DNA of 64,000 nt from Malacoraja senta (lineage: Eukaryota). Within the stretch, counting starts at the first letter, position 1. The number at the start of each line of letters is the position of its first letter. Positions 12,135-25,270 of the stretch are shown one piece after another. Where the stretch lies: positions 434,001 through 498,000 of the forward strand of contig JAXLNO010000709.1 of assembly GCA_038087875.1 (NCBI GenBank), in the 5' to 3' direction. The translations under genes were made by a program, and so were the position numbers. The notes below the pieces were generated by a model. That model was not told the origin of the DNA, made no database searches, and was given only the letters and a program-made list of their open reading frames with translations.

Positions 12135-12384
12135 ACCTATTTCCTTCGCTCCATAGATGCTGCTGCACCCGCTGAGTTTCTCCAGCATTTTTGTGTACCT
12201 CCTAAAGTTATGAATGAGTTGGCTCAAGTCAGGTTTAGATTGGCTGTGGGCAGTTGGGTTCAACCAATCAATCAATGGTTCAATTAATCAATGATGCATT
12301 ATTGTCACAAATCTGTGAAGTGCAAATACACAGTGAAATTCTTTTCTTACAAAGAGTATTGCCGCACCATCCCCAATTAGCAAT

Positions 12385-12709
12385 TTAGTTTAGTTTAGCT
12401 TAGAGATACAGCGCGGCAACAGGCCCTTCGGCCCACTGGATCCGTGCTGACCATCGATCCCTGCATATTAACATTATCCTACACACACACTAAGGGCAAT
12501 TTTTTACATTTACCAAGCCAATTTACCTACATACCTGTACGTCTTTGGAGTGTGGGAGGAAACCGAAGGTCTCGTAGAAAACCCACACGGTCACGGGGAG
12601 AATGTACAAACTCCATACAGACAGCACCCGTAGTCGGGATCGAACCCGGGTCTCCAGCGCCTCAAGTGCTGTAAGGCCGCAACTCTACTGCTGTGCCACC
12701 ATGCTGCCC
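12385..12709 (-). mobile_element. HE1-like V-SINE
   Basis: Head, core and tail. Confidence 0.85.
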
Positions 12710-13584
12710 AGTACAGAAATAGTCCACTGAGCCCACATGCAAGAGGCGCCATGATGTGTCCATGGTCAGGTGTCCATGAGAACAAAACAAGCGTGCTTGA
12801 TGATTAGAACAATTTTTTTGAGATGTGCAAAGTCCCATGAAGTGCATAACTGTATCCTTGTGGTAGATCATGTAGGGGAATTGGTTTCAGAACATATCAT
12901 TTTATTTATTTACAGGTTTTTCATAGATTGATGTCTGGGATGCAAGTATGCCCTTAATATGTTCCAACCAAGTAGCAAAATCCCATTGATTACTTCTGAC
13001 ATTCTAAGATTCCATTAACATTACTTCACTGACCTGTAATCAATAGTTAAACAGTGTAAATGGGTATTACAAACAATGCAACTGACAAGAAATGCTAGAT
13101 TAAAGGCAAAGAGTTGCCAAATACCCATGCAAAGAAAACTCCCAGGCAAAAAGAAGTTCTGAAGATGGAGACATGAACATCAATATACTCAGAGAAGTTT
13201 AAGGTATGATACTAAAAGTTGCGAACATTTACATTGGAGACAAAATCTCGCAGAGAGACCCTATAATTTTTAAGATTCAAAACTATCGGTTAAGTTAAAA
13301 TCATAAATTATTGAAAAGAAAATCGTGTTTTTGGTCAAGGAGTAGGGCTCACGTTAACTTTAACACATGGTGAAGATTGAACTACTTGGTGCAGAGCAAA
13401 AGAAAAACGTTATTTATTGAGAATCCTTGCATTTAAGTGTAGTTCTGTGAGGTAGAAACGCTGATTATTCCAGACTTAAAAGTATCTTTCTACCTCTGCC
13501 TTAAAATATTGAAAGACCCTGCTTCTACCAGATAGTTCAAATGTATCTCTGACAGAAAGAAAAACAACTGATCTCTCTGTTTCA

Positions 13585-13730
13585 CGAGTGATGAGTTGGT
13601 TCGCTATCTCCTTCCTGTACTCTGTCCCATCATTGTTGGTGATCCGGCCCACCACAGTGGTGTCATCTGAAAACATGTAGATGGAATTATAGCTGAATTT
13701 GGTCGCACTGTCGTGAGTGTATAGGAAGTG
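13585..13730 (-). mobile_element. Rex1/Babar LINE RT fragment
   Basis: FSDDTTVVGRITNNDGTEYRKEI. Confidence 0.65.
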
Positions 13731-15051
13731 TAGAGTGTTTTCACTGGATTGAAGGAGGTTCAGAAGTGATTTTATGTATATTTTATAAAATCATAAGGGG
13801 CATTAAAGTATAGGGGAGTCCAAAGCTAGCAGACATAGGTTTAAGGTGAGAGGGGAAAGATTTAATGGGAACCTGAGGGAAAACATTTTCAGAGAGTGGT
13901 GGCTATATGGAATGAGTGGCCAGAGGAGTCAGCAGAGGCAGATACCATTACAACATTTAAAAGGCATTTGGATAGGTACATGGCGTAGAGGGATAAGGAT
14001 CAAGTACAGAAATTAGCTCATTGGGCACTGTGATTGGTATGAATAAGATGGGCAGAAAGGCCAGTTTCTCAGCTGTATCATTCTGACTCGAATGCCATTT
14101 CCCTGCATTTGTTCTCTAGACATAGAGTCATAGAGTGAAACAGCGTGGAAACAGGCCCTTCGGCCCAACTTGCCCACATCGGCCTACATGTCCCAGCTAC
14201 ATCACCTGCCTGCGTTTGGTCCATATCCCTCCAAACCTGTCCTATCCATGTACCTGTCTAACTGTTTCTTAAACGTTGGGATAGTCCCTGCTGCAACTAC
14301 CTCCTCTGGCAGCTTGTTCCATACACCCACCACCCTTTGCATGAAAACATTACCCCTCAGATTCTATTAAAAGCCTTTATGCTTTGGTGATCCAAACGCT
14401 GGTATAGAGGTTGCTTAAATTTGTATGTTCTGTCTCCACCACCTCCTCAGTCAGGACATTGCAGGTTTCAATCACTCTCTGTGTGACAAAAGTACCTCTC
14501 AGATGCCCACGGGATGAGTGGCTATTTGCTCAAACCAAACATTGTGAAGATCAGTCCCTAGCCTAATCATTGTTCTGTCGTCAGCTATTTCATTCCATTC
14601 TAATCTGAAACTGAACCAGACTATAATGCGTATCTCATCTCAGGATTAAGGACTGTCCCTTATGCTAAAACTATGTCTCTAATACAGGATGTTCCAGCCC
14701 GACAAACAGCCTTTTAGCATATACCTCATGTTACTCTTGCGGAGAATCCTGCATTTCAACGAGATCACTTAGAGTCATACAGCATGGACACAGGCCCTTC
14801 AGCCCAACTTGTCCACACCAGCTCCTATCTACACTAGTCCCACCTGCCTACATTTGGCCCATATCTCTCTAAACCTGTCCTACCCATGTACCTGTGTTTC
14901 TTAAACTTCTTGTCATTCCTTGAAATGGAGCAAAGGAGATTTACTAGACCAGTATCTGGGTTGAATGAATGAATACTTTATTGTCACATGTGACAAGTCA
15001 CAGTGAATGATACAAGTTGTATGGAGAGATTGAGAAACTTATGAAGCATTG

Positions 15052-15297
15052 GAAGGAACTGCAGATGCTAGTTTAAGCCAAAGATAGACACAAAATGCTG
15101 GAGTAACTCAGTGGATCAGGCAGCATCTCTGGAAAAAAGGAGTAGGTGACTTTTCGGGTTTGAACCCTTCTTCAGTCTGATGATGGGGGGGGGGGGGGGG
15201 GGTGGTGTAGGAGTTACTTTAAATTAGAGAAATCAACGTTCATACCGCTGGGTTGTAAGCTGCCCAAGCGAAAGATGAACTTACGTTGCTTTTTCTT
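15052..15297 (-). mobile_element. Penelope-like element 3' fragment: GIY-YIG ORF C-terminus, hammerhead motif and terminal repeat
   Basis: Minus-strand KQRKFIFRLGSLQPSGMNVDFSNLK* (Penelope-type I..L.S..P.G.N motif), stop at 15214, followed by the core at 15148-15175 and the AGATGCTGCC...CAGCATCTGCAGTTCC tail. Confidence 0.75.
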
Positions 15298-15764
15298 GGC
15301 ATAGAGAAGATTAAAGGAATGTTTGATTAATGTATTAAAACTCATGATAGTGTGATTAAGCAGTGACTTTCTAAGGACAGAAAGGTCAGTAAAAAAAAAC
15401 TTATAGCATAACCTAACAAAAGAACCAAAGGTGAGACAAATGAAAAAAAAAATGCAATGACTCACGATGATTAAAAGGGAAATGGGTACATTCTTCAGTG
15501 GAAAATTTTTGCAGGGATTTTCAATTCAAAGAGACATCACATCGGAAGGTCTCCACCTTTACTCCAATTCTGTGTGAATCTGATCCTGCAGACCACCAAA
15601 CATCACATGGCTGCTATAAAATTAATTCAATTAATGCTTGTTAAACTGAAAAGCCACATTGTTAATTTGAAATGGAGGGAACACTAGAAAATATCATTCA
15701 ATTTAAATGTGTATAATGATGATTCACTGCTGCAAGGGTGGAAAATATCATTTTTGCATCAATG

Positions 15765-16560
15765 CACAGAGGATTTGAGGGGTCCAAGTCCATAGCTCCT
15801 TGAAAATGGCAACACAAGCAAGTAGGGGAATATTTTTAATGTGGAGATTGACATATGTTTGATTAGTATGGGTACCAGGGGTTACAGGGAGAAGGCAGGA
15901 GATTGTGGTTGAAAGGGAAAGATAGATTAGCCATGATTGAATGACAGAGTAGACTTGATGGGCTAATTGCCTAATTCTGCCCCTGTAACTTATGAACATG
16001 GTATGCTTGTATTCATTGGTCTGGGCTTTGAGTATAAGAGTCAGGAAGTCATGATGCAGCTTTATAGGACTTTAGTTTGGCCACATTTTGAGTATTTCAT
16101 ACACTTCTGGTTGCCCCATCACAGGAAAGATGTGAAGGCTTTGGAGAAGGTACAGAAGAAGTTTCCTGTAATGTTGCGTGGATTAGAGGATATCGGCTAT
16201 AAGGAAAATTTGGACAAACTTGTATTCTTTTCACAGGGATATCAGAGGCTGGGGGGAGACATGGCAGAAATATATCAAATTAGGAGTGGCATAGATAGGG
16301 GAGACACTCAGAACGTTATTTCCCCATGGTGGGAATGTCAAAGATTAGAGGACATAGTTATAAGGTGAAAGAGATACGGTTTAAAGATGATGTGCTGCCA
16401 AGGATGCTGGTGGAGGCAGATAGTTGTGTTCAAGAGGCTTTTGGATAGGCACATGGATATACAGGGAATAGAGGAATATGGGTCATGTACAGGCAGAAGA
16501 GATTAGTTTAGCTTGTTCACCACAAACATGGTGGGCCGAAGGGCCTGTAGCTGTGCTGTG
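15765..16560 (+). mobile_element. Degenerate CR1 fragments
   Basis: EYKSQEVMMQLYRTLVWPHFEY motif with a nested CR1 3'UTR. Confidence 0.7.
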
Positions 16561-17414
16561 TGCTAATGAGAACAACTGAGTGTGAAACAATAGTGAGAGC
16601 AATCCACACCTTTTCCAACTCAGCGATGCATAATATTATTACCTGCAAAGTGAGGTGTGGCTAATATTCCACCACCAGGTTAAGTGCTTTGATTTCTACT
16701 TCTTTTCTCCCTTCTTCATTAATTGTGAACAGACATTGAAAAATTAACCTTTTCAGACATAGAATGAGAGCAAAAATGTAAATTTATTCCACTGAATAAA
16801 CTCACCCACAGCTTAATAAGATGTATATTTCCATCAGGTATTTGTCTATAAATCACAGCAACTGCTCGTACGAACAAGCTAATGGTCTTTTCCCTCCAAT
16901 TAAAAACGTATGCACTGGAACAATTGGAACAGTTCTGGGATGTGTAATGGTTGTTAAATGAGACGTGGAAATAACAACAGCTGCAAAACATTTGGGATAT
17001 TGTAGCAGCAATTACCTTATAGTTATCCTTTTATGAGTTTCGGAGATCCAAAATTCATCGAAGTAGTCATTATTGGTTCGTTTTAGAAGTCAGAATTCAC
17101 GGCAACCAGAGTCAAATAAAATATGAGCAGGTCATCTAAATTTAACTCCAAGTTGTATAAAAAACTGATTTTATAGCCGCGCAATACGACTTCTATCATG
17201 GTAAATATTTATTCCTGCTGCATGAAATAAACCAACAGTGGAATAACCCTTGGTGGTTTGTAATGGGGATGCACCTCCATTTCACATTTACATGAAGTAT
17301 GAGTGCCATGTTCTCCAGAGATGCTGCCTGACCTGTAGAGTTACTTCAGTACTTTGTGTTCTTTTGTGTATTAACCAGCATCTGCAGTTCTACAGAAGAG
17401 CTTTTCACACTGTT

Positions 17415-18612
17415 ACATAGATACATAGATACATAGAAAATAGGTGCAGGAGTAGGCCATTCGGCCCTTCGAGCCTGCACCGCCATTCAATATGATCATG
17501 GCTGATCATCCAACTCAGTATCCCGTACCTGCCTTCTCTCCATACCCCCTGATCCCTTTAGCCACAAGGGCCACATCTAACTCCCTCTTAAATATAGCCA
17601 ATGAACTGGCCTCAACTACCCTCTGTGGCAGAGAGTTCCAGAGATTCACCACTCTCTGTGTGAAAACGTTTTTCCTCATCTCGGTCTTAAAGGATTTCCC
17701 CCTTATCCTTAAGCTGTGACCCCTTGTCCTGGACTTCCCCAACATCGGGAACAATCTTCCTGCATCTAGCCTGTCCAACCCCATAAGAATTTTGTACGTT
17801 TCTATAAGATCCCCTCTCAATCTCCTAAATTCTAGCGAGTATAAGCCAAGTCTATCCAGTCTTTCTTCATATGAAAGTCCTGACATCCCAGGAATCGGTC
17901 TGGTGAACCTTCTGTGCACTCTCTCTATGGCTATAATGTCCTTCCTCAGATTTGGAGACCAAAACTGTACGCAATACTCCAGGTGTGGTCTCACCAAGAC
18001 CCTGTACAACTGCAGTAGAACCTCCCTGCTCCTATACTCAAATCCTCTTGCTATGAAAGCCAACATACCATTCGCTTTCTTCACTGCCTGCTGCACCTGC
18101 ATGCCTACTTTCAATGACTGGTGTACCATGACACCCAGGTCTCGCTGCATCTCCCCATTTCCTAATCGGCCACCATTTAGATAATAGTCTGCCTTCCCGT
18201 TTTTGCCACCAAAGTGGATAACCTCACATTTATCCACATTATACTGCATCTGCCAAACATTTGCCCACTCACCCAGCCTATTCAAGTCACCTTGCAGTCT
18301 CCTAGCATCCTCCTCACAGCTAACACTGCCCCCCCAGCTTAGTGTCATCCGCAATCTTGGAGATGTTGCTTTCAATTCCCTCATCCAGTTCATTAATATA
18401 AATTGTAAATAGCTGGGGTCCCAGCACTGAGCCTTGCGGTACCCCACTAGTCACTGCCTGCCATTGTGAAAAGGACCCGTTTACTCCTACTCTTTGCTTC
18501 CTGTTTGCCAGCCAGTTCTCTATCCACATCAATACTGAACCCCCAATACCGTGTGATTTAAGTTTGTATCCTAATCTCTTATGTGGTACCTTGTTGAAAG
18601 CCTTCTGAAAGT
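17415..18612 (-). mobile_element. CR1-clade LINE, 5'-truncated, young
   Basis: [22 protein letters not shown] and C-terminal motifs; frameshift near the C-run at ~18330; (TCTATGTA)n tail. Confidence 0.92.
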
Positions 18613-20792
18613 CTTCATGGAACAGTATAACACAGGAATAGACCCTTCTGCCCATAATATCTGTGCTGGACATGATGCCGAGACCTACTCTTATCTACCC
18701 TCACATAATGCATATCCCTCCATTCCCTGCATATTCATGTACCTATCCAAGTCTCTTAAATTCCACTATCATATCTGCCTCCACCAACAGCCCTGGCGGT
18801 GTGTTCTAGGCACTCATAACCTGTGAGTAAACCTATGTGTAAAATAACTTGACCCAGTCTGAAGAAGGGACCCTACCCGAAGGATAGTGTGAGGGTCACA
18901 TATCTCTATGTTTCTATGTCACCAAAGAGGTAGGTAGTAATTCAGCGCTGCTCCCTGGTTGTGGTTGGATGGTTTTACCTGACCTGCTGAATTACTCCAG
19001 CACTTTGTGTCTACAGCATTGAAAATATGTTTGGATGTTCCAATTTCCACCCTGTCTGTTTTTTTCATCGTTTCATCTAATTTCCCTTTCTTGTTCTATC
19101 TCGCCCCTGCTTCTGCCACTTAGGTCGTTCTGTGAGTTTCTCCTCTTTTTCCTTTCAACGCAGTTCAGTTCTCCCTCTCTCGGCAGCCTCAACTACGTCT
19201 CAGTTAATAGGGGGAAGATCATGATAACTCGGTTAAAACTGGAACCCAAATGACCCGTGGACTGCGGAGTCGTCGCTTTGATCAGCCGCCCTGCGAGATC
19301 CGAGGCTTGTGGATGAGCAAACGGCACCGAACGCCCACGACCATCGTTTATCAAAGAGCAGGTTACGCATCAATGTTTTTTACCGACAAGTGTAAGGTAA
19401 CACTGTCTTTGCGCACCAACAATAGCGCATTCTCCGCCGAAGAATCCCCGCCCCCATAAAGCTACGTTGCTTTTTGTCTCACCAGTTCACAAGTTCTCAG
19501 AACTAGGAGGGGGAAACAAATAATGTTGAAAACTGTCTGGGAAGTCGACGTTGCTACCACGTCACTGGGAATTGGATGAAACTAGCCCCGCGACGCGCAC
19601 GAAAGGAAATCTTGGCACATTTGAAACAAAGCCTAAAAAGCGGTCCCTCCAATAACCAGTACACAGGAGCGAAGAAAACATCGAAAAATAGGTGCAGGAG
19701 TAGGCCATTCGGCCCTTCGAGCCAGCACCGCCATGGCTGGTCATCTAAAATCAGTACCCCGTTCCTGCTTCCTTCCCATATCCCTCAGATTCCTTTAGCC
19801 CTAGGGAGATGTTTAAACAAAGATCAAACGCTCCGACCGACGTTGCAATGGTATCAGCGAAGCGGTGGGATACCCCGTCCCCTCTCCAGCTGGTTATGGC
19901 AAGTCTGTAGGAAATTGGGAAACTCTTGAAAAGGCATTTGCAAATCAAAATGGTACTTAAGCGAGAAAGACAATGCCGCACGGCAGAGCTTTGATTATTC
20001 TTTTGTAAACTCACCTCACTGCTCAATACCGCATGACTTGGAACATTAAAAAAAAGCTATTTAAGCATTTAACTCGGCACCGGGGCGAAAATTGGAATTT
20101 GATCTACTGTACCGAGTATCTCTCACCCCCAACACACACTTGCTCGATTTGAAAGCTTTCTTTTTTTTTGCTTTTGACCGCAGAGTGGTTGTTGCAAAAT
20201 GAACCGAGATATAACACACTATTTCACACTAGAGCACTTTCCCTGCATTTAAACGGGTCTCAGAGAAACTTATAAGACACCCGACCTCTAGAAACTGAAC
20301 TCCTGCAGGGGAATGAGAGGGCAGCTCAGTAGCGTTTGAAACTTGTTGGACCAGGGCTCCCGTTTCGAATGCATTATATTCAGATCGCTCGCTGTATCAG
20401 CGAACAACGCGCAGATTTTATTTTGCCGCGGTGATGTGTGTCTGCTGGCTTTTCGGAGGCTAATTGTTTTACTGCAGGGTTGCGAGAAATGACTGCGGAG
20501 GAACAGCGTTGATCACAGTCGAGCTACCACTGGAGAGTGAATGAACCTTTCAATGACAAAGGCTCCTGATTCGAAGGAGGGAACCACGCCGGCCGGAGAG
20601 GAGGGGCCGTATCCTACTTTAACCGCGCCCGCTCACTCCCCGAGCTCAGCCCGGATTCGTCACCTGCCAGTTGATACTTTTACTTCGGACCCTTCTATCC
20701 AAAGATTATAGCGCTCTATGATCTTTGCTTCTATCCTTAAACATGAAAATGGCGAATCGAGGAAGTTTGCGAGAAAGCTGAACGTTGTCCGT

Positions 20793-20964
20793 GCTGGAGT
20801 AATTGAAAGGAACAGGCAGCATCTGTGGATAGACGGAATGGGTGACGTTTCGGGTCGAGACCCTTCTTCAGACTTCGTCGCCCATTCCTTCTATCCAGAG
20901 ATGCTGCCTGGCCCGCTGTGTTACTCCAGCATTTTGTGTCAACCAGCATCTGCAGTTCCTTCCT
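20793..20964. mobile_element. Penelope-derived fold-back pair
   Basis: Same repeat in both orientations. Confidence 0.65.
20844..20871 (-). ncRNA. Minimal hammerhead core, intact copy
   Basis: Reverse complement identical to 9993-10020. Confidence 0.6.
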
Positions 20965-21232
20965 CTTCAATCGTGAGATCGGTGCCCGTTATCGCATCTC
21001 CAAAAGGAGAACGTTTTCCCATTCGTCCCATCTCCAAACCGCAATCACTTCCTCTGTCCCTTCCAATTCTGAATGATCACTGCTACCAAATCCAGAATAA
21101 AGACTATACTCGCTTCGCTCCAAACCCAAAAGCGTAGCCCTGTTAACCCTAAACCTCGCTCTTCATCCCGACACTCAATTTAGATCACTCCCCCAGCACC
21201 TCAAAACATTAAACCAAGAAGATACTCATTAC

Positions 21233-21410
21233 GTGTAGGAAGGAACTGCAGATGCTGGTTTAAACCGAAGATAGACACAAAAAGCTGGAGTAACAGCGGG
21301 ACAGGCAGCATCTCTGAAAAAGGGTCTCATCCCGAAACGCTACTTATTCCTTCTCTCCAGAGATGCTGCCTGTCCCGCTGAGTTACTCCAGCATTTTGTC
21401 TCTATCTTTG
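21233..21410. mobile_element. Penelope-derived fold-back pair
   Basis: Same repeat in both orientations. Confidence 0.65.
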
Positions 21411-22821
21411 ATACCCATTACGTCCAGTTTCTATCCCTCCCCACTTATTTCGATTCTAAATCTAAGGGGGGAGGGGGGGGGGGGGGTTGCTGTTTTGGAT
21501 AATCTCCAAGCACAGATTACAGTTCCCGATAAACCGTGACACCTTCCAACTCAATTCAAGCGCTTGTCTCCGTAGTATCGGCGTTGACTATATGATTGCA
21601 TAAAATCGATAGCACTATGACTTTCTATGCTAAAACTGTGCTACTTTTCCAAAAGACGTTTCAAATTTAATTGCCCCCCACTCCCGTATTGGTTGCAGTT
21701 ATGCGTGGTGTGCGGCCATGCGACTTGCCCAATGTACCTTTCCCATCCAGTTACGGACGGCAGATTGCGGTGCTAGCTGGGTCTACGCCTGAAATGCAGT
21801 TTGCAACCTTTGCAGGTTATCCTGAAATCCTTTACCTCCAGAGTGAAGCTCGTGTTGAAAACGTGGCGTTGACCTTCCTTTAATATAGTTGTCTGGGAAT
21901 GATTTTCAATGTGTTTTGAGTGCACGATGCTCTTTGCAAAATCTCAGCGTTGTATCTCCGCCACGGAGTCCATTAGTTTGTAGCGGAGCGGAATGCGGAG
22001 GTGTGTGTGTGCGCGCTTGTATCTGCTTTACAGCAGTGGCTGATGTATTGGGTGAAGTTCTTTGGGGGACGGTTCTCTTCTTTTTACCATTGAAAGGTGC
22101 ACACACTATTGTGGTTTAAGAAACACGAGCGGGTGTTAGCAGTAATTAAAGGGACAAAAATGATGTTTGCGAGATTTGGTTGGGTGATTTATTCCAAAAG
22201 GAGGTGTGCGGTCTTCTTGCTGATAATTTATCACCGCAGTCTAGAGCGAACCGTATGCAATATAGTTTAGTGCTTCCAGGAAAAAAAATCAGCTCCGGTC
22301 GTTGTTCTTCATTGTCAACACTCGGTCTGCAATTGGGATACTGTTCCCAAACCCTTAATGAAACAACTCTCATTGTTTAAATCAGGCCACATGTAATTTG
22401 GGATATCGTGCTTTTCAAAAAACGCCCAAGGTAAATTATTCCTAGGAAACGCTTATAAACACTAGCCGATTATGCTCTGCCAATTAGCAATCTAGATGAA
22501 GGGTCCCGATCCGAAATGCCGACTGACTACTTCCCTCTACAGATGCTGCTTTAAGTTTCTGCACCCGCTCTCCCCCTTTTTTTTGCTACAGATTCCAGCA
22601 TCCGCAGTCTCCTTGTGCTGGCCAATTATGCCTATCAGGCAAGCACAGCGCGTTTTAAACTTCATAAGCTCGGTTCCCCATTGTTCTGCCTTCAGTTTTT
22701 ACACCGCCGTGGCCAGTTAACTTGGAAACTGGAACGTTCGGTCACGCCGAGCGGACTGCTTGACGATAACTCGACAATAGCCGGTTTCCGCCCTCTATGT
22801 ACCTGCTGGGAAGCACCGGCT

Positions 22822-23096
22822 CCTTTGAACGAAATGAGAAGTCGGGAGGCGGGGGCTGTGTGAGGAGTTGATACTAAATTCTCACTAACCCACACAAGAG
22901 GTTCAGTGAAGCCTCGCACCAAGCAATAGCAACTGCTTCCTGTGTTACCTGCACTCCCGGCTATTTGCGGGCAGTCAGCCTTGTCACGTCAAACCACCAA
23001 TGGCTATAAATAGTGCCCCCTTTTCCATTCATTTAAGCAAATCTTTGAGGAAACGATAGGCCAGATGCATTTCATCAAAGATCAGATATATCAAAG
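22822..23096 (+). promoter_or_regulatory. VCAN: Candidate VCAN proximal promoter motifs: TCF/LEF sites, CRE-like site, CCAAT, TATA
   Basis: CCTTTGAA 22822-22829; TCACGTCA 22984-22991; CCAAT 22997-23001; TATAAATA 23005-23012; ATCAAAG 23074-23080 and 23090-23096. Confidence 0.55.
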
Positions 23097-23280
23097 AGAT
23101 CTCTTCACGGGACGACGTGGCTCAGCGGTTTAAGAAACAGTAGACTTCATCTGGTAGACATTGTCCTTTTAAGGGTTAAACGCAGTCGTGGGAGTCTTTT
23201 CATCAATTGGCTCTCTGTAATTCATCAGAGATTCAAATGTCCTTTTTTTTTCCGGCAACCCAGCCCCGAAGTCGTGGGGG

Positions 23281-23578
23281 CTCCTCCTCTCTGATGCTGA
23301 CGGAATAATGATAGGTGTCAAATCCGCATTTGAACTTGCAGCAATTTAGATTTTTGCTTCTTTTCTTCCCTCCGGTTGAGAACAGACACTGTGGGACACG
23401 GTTACACGCTGTAACAGGAGGGGTCTTTAAAGAGCCACCGGGAAACAGAGCCCGGGCTCTAGTCAGTCGACTCTTGACTTCTCAACGACTGGTTTCTACG
23501 GGAACTACCGCAATATTGGCCGTGGGACTATAAATCACGTTTTTTAAGGACTGCCTCATGTGCTCGACCTCTTGAGAG
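23281..23578 (+). other. VCAN: VCAN non-coding exon 1 (5' end uncertain)
   Basis: Strong donor GAG|GTAAGG after 23578 inside the CpG domain; 23281-23341 resembles the start of the human VCAN mRNA as recalled; mammalian VCAN has a non-coding exon 1. Confidence 0.6.
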
Positions 23579-25270
23579 GTAAGGTCGATTTTCTGTTAGA
23601 ATATCCCTATTAAAAGTAATTTCAGCACTGCGGTCTATGCTTAATTGGTGAGAAAAAAACCCTCTATAATAGAGGGTTGACAAAGACTTCCAGGCATGTC
23701 AGAAAGCTGAAAGGTTGGAAGTGTTAAGAGATAAGGATTTAAAGGGGGGGGGGATATGAATAGAAGGGATGTGAGAGACAGGAGGAATGCAAGGCTCAGA
23801 CTGACAGGGTAGGGACTGGTGAAGGAAAGAGGGGGAAACAAATCAGTGCAAAACGCGAATGTATGGATGAGGAAAGTGAGAAGCAGGAACCGTGGGCGCT
23901 GTGAGTGAGTGCGACGGGGACTGAGTGTGAGGGCGTGTGTGTTACACAAGGTGGTGTGTGTGTGTGTGTGTGTATGTGCGCGCGCTTTTGACTATGTCCT
24001 GTTTGAAAGTGTATGACTATGTGAAACGAATAGATTTATGGGGTGATGCATGCGGTGCGAATGCGTGCGTGTGCTACGAGTGCATAAGGTGAAGTGGGTT
24101 GAGTGAGCGCATGTTTTTTGCCTTGGGCATAGGTGAACAAAAAAAGTTTTGCATCCATGTACGTGAGTGTGCGACCGTGGTGGCGGGCGGGCGGATGCAC
24201 GGAACTTTAACGGAGGGCGCTGTAATTATGAGCAGCAATGTATTGCGCGTGTAAGGGAAGAACGAGAATTGCAAAGGTATCGTTCATTGCATTGAATGCA
24301 TTACATGTGTGCAGCGTGCATCCATTACTTGTGCGGTCCTGTAGACGCGGAGGCGAGGCAAGTTCCTAGATAGCATAGACTCTGGTCGGAGTCACTTGGG
24401 GGGGTGGGGAAGAGAACATACAAACGCAACGCTGATGGGTGCAGGAACGATGAATCCGGAAAGAGAAACTCTCCACAGCAGAAGTTTTCAGCTGGTCAAG
24501 CAGACCCTCACTGCAAACTATATTGATGATCCGACAACAGCAAAAAAGCTCCTTTTCACACAACTGCATTGTTTAACTTTCGGGACACGCCGCGGATGTA
24601 GGGACACGGGCTAATAAAACACCTCGTATTAAAGTCATCTTGGCAAATGGCTATCTATGTTGGCGCACACGCGGTTCCTGGTGACAACAGAAATTAGAAC
24701 AGAATTAATTATGCGAAAGTGAAATCCGTTTCAAATAAATCATTTTTGTTCAAATTGGGGGACGGATCAATGAACAAAAGACTGTTGGGCGGATTTTATC
24801 TCTCCCCCCCCCTTTAGTTTGAATCCAATATAGCATTACAAAGGCTCATTAAATGTGCGATTACAACAGGATACAGAGGGCACGGTATCAAATTCTACAA
24901 TAAAACGTTATTTAGCATTATTTCGGGAAACTTTTCCCAGACGGAGCCCACCCACAATTAGCAAGAGCTGGCGATGAGAAGGGAAACCCGGTTCAGCTGC
25001 AAGAGTTAGAATCAATTGAACGCGTATCACCCATGAACGTCAGTCAGGGTTTGGCTGTGGAAATTATTACACGTTTTTTTTTGAGGGGCAAATAAATGTT
25101 GCTCCGAACATTTGTACTCATCTTCATTTGGATGTGATATCAGTTCGCCTGCTAACATTCAGCGTGTGTGTAATATCTGGGGAATGTAGTAAAACTCGGA
25201 ACCGTGTCCAGTTTCTTAAACTCTCTCTCATTCTGTGTAACAATGTCTTTCTGACATCTAGACAACTCTG

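Noticed and set aside
1..19000. Exons of XRCC4, the usual upstream neighbour of VCAN
   Set aside because: No recognisable XRCC4 peptide or convincing exon found by eye
23529..23535. Second TATAAAT as the VCAN TATA box
   Set aside because: Would leave only a ~20-nt first exon and lies downstream of the conserved block; not excluded but unsupported
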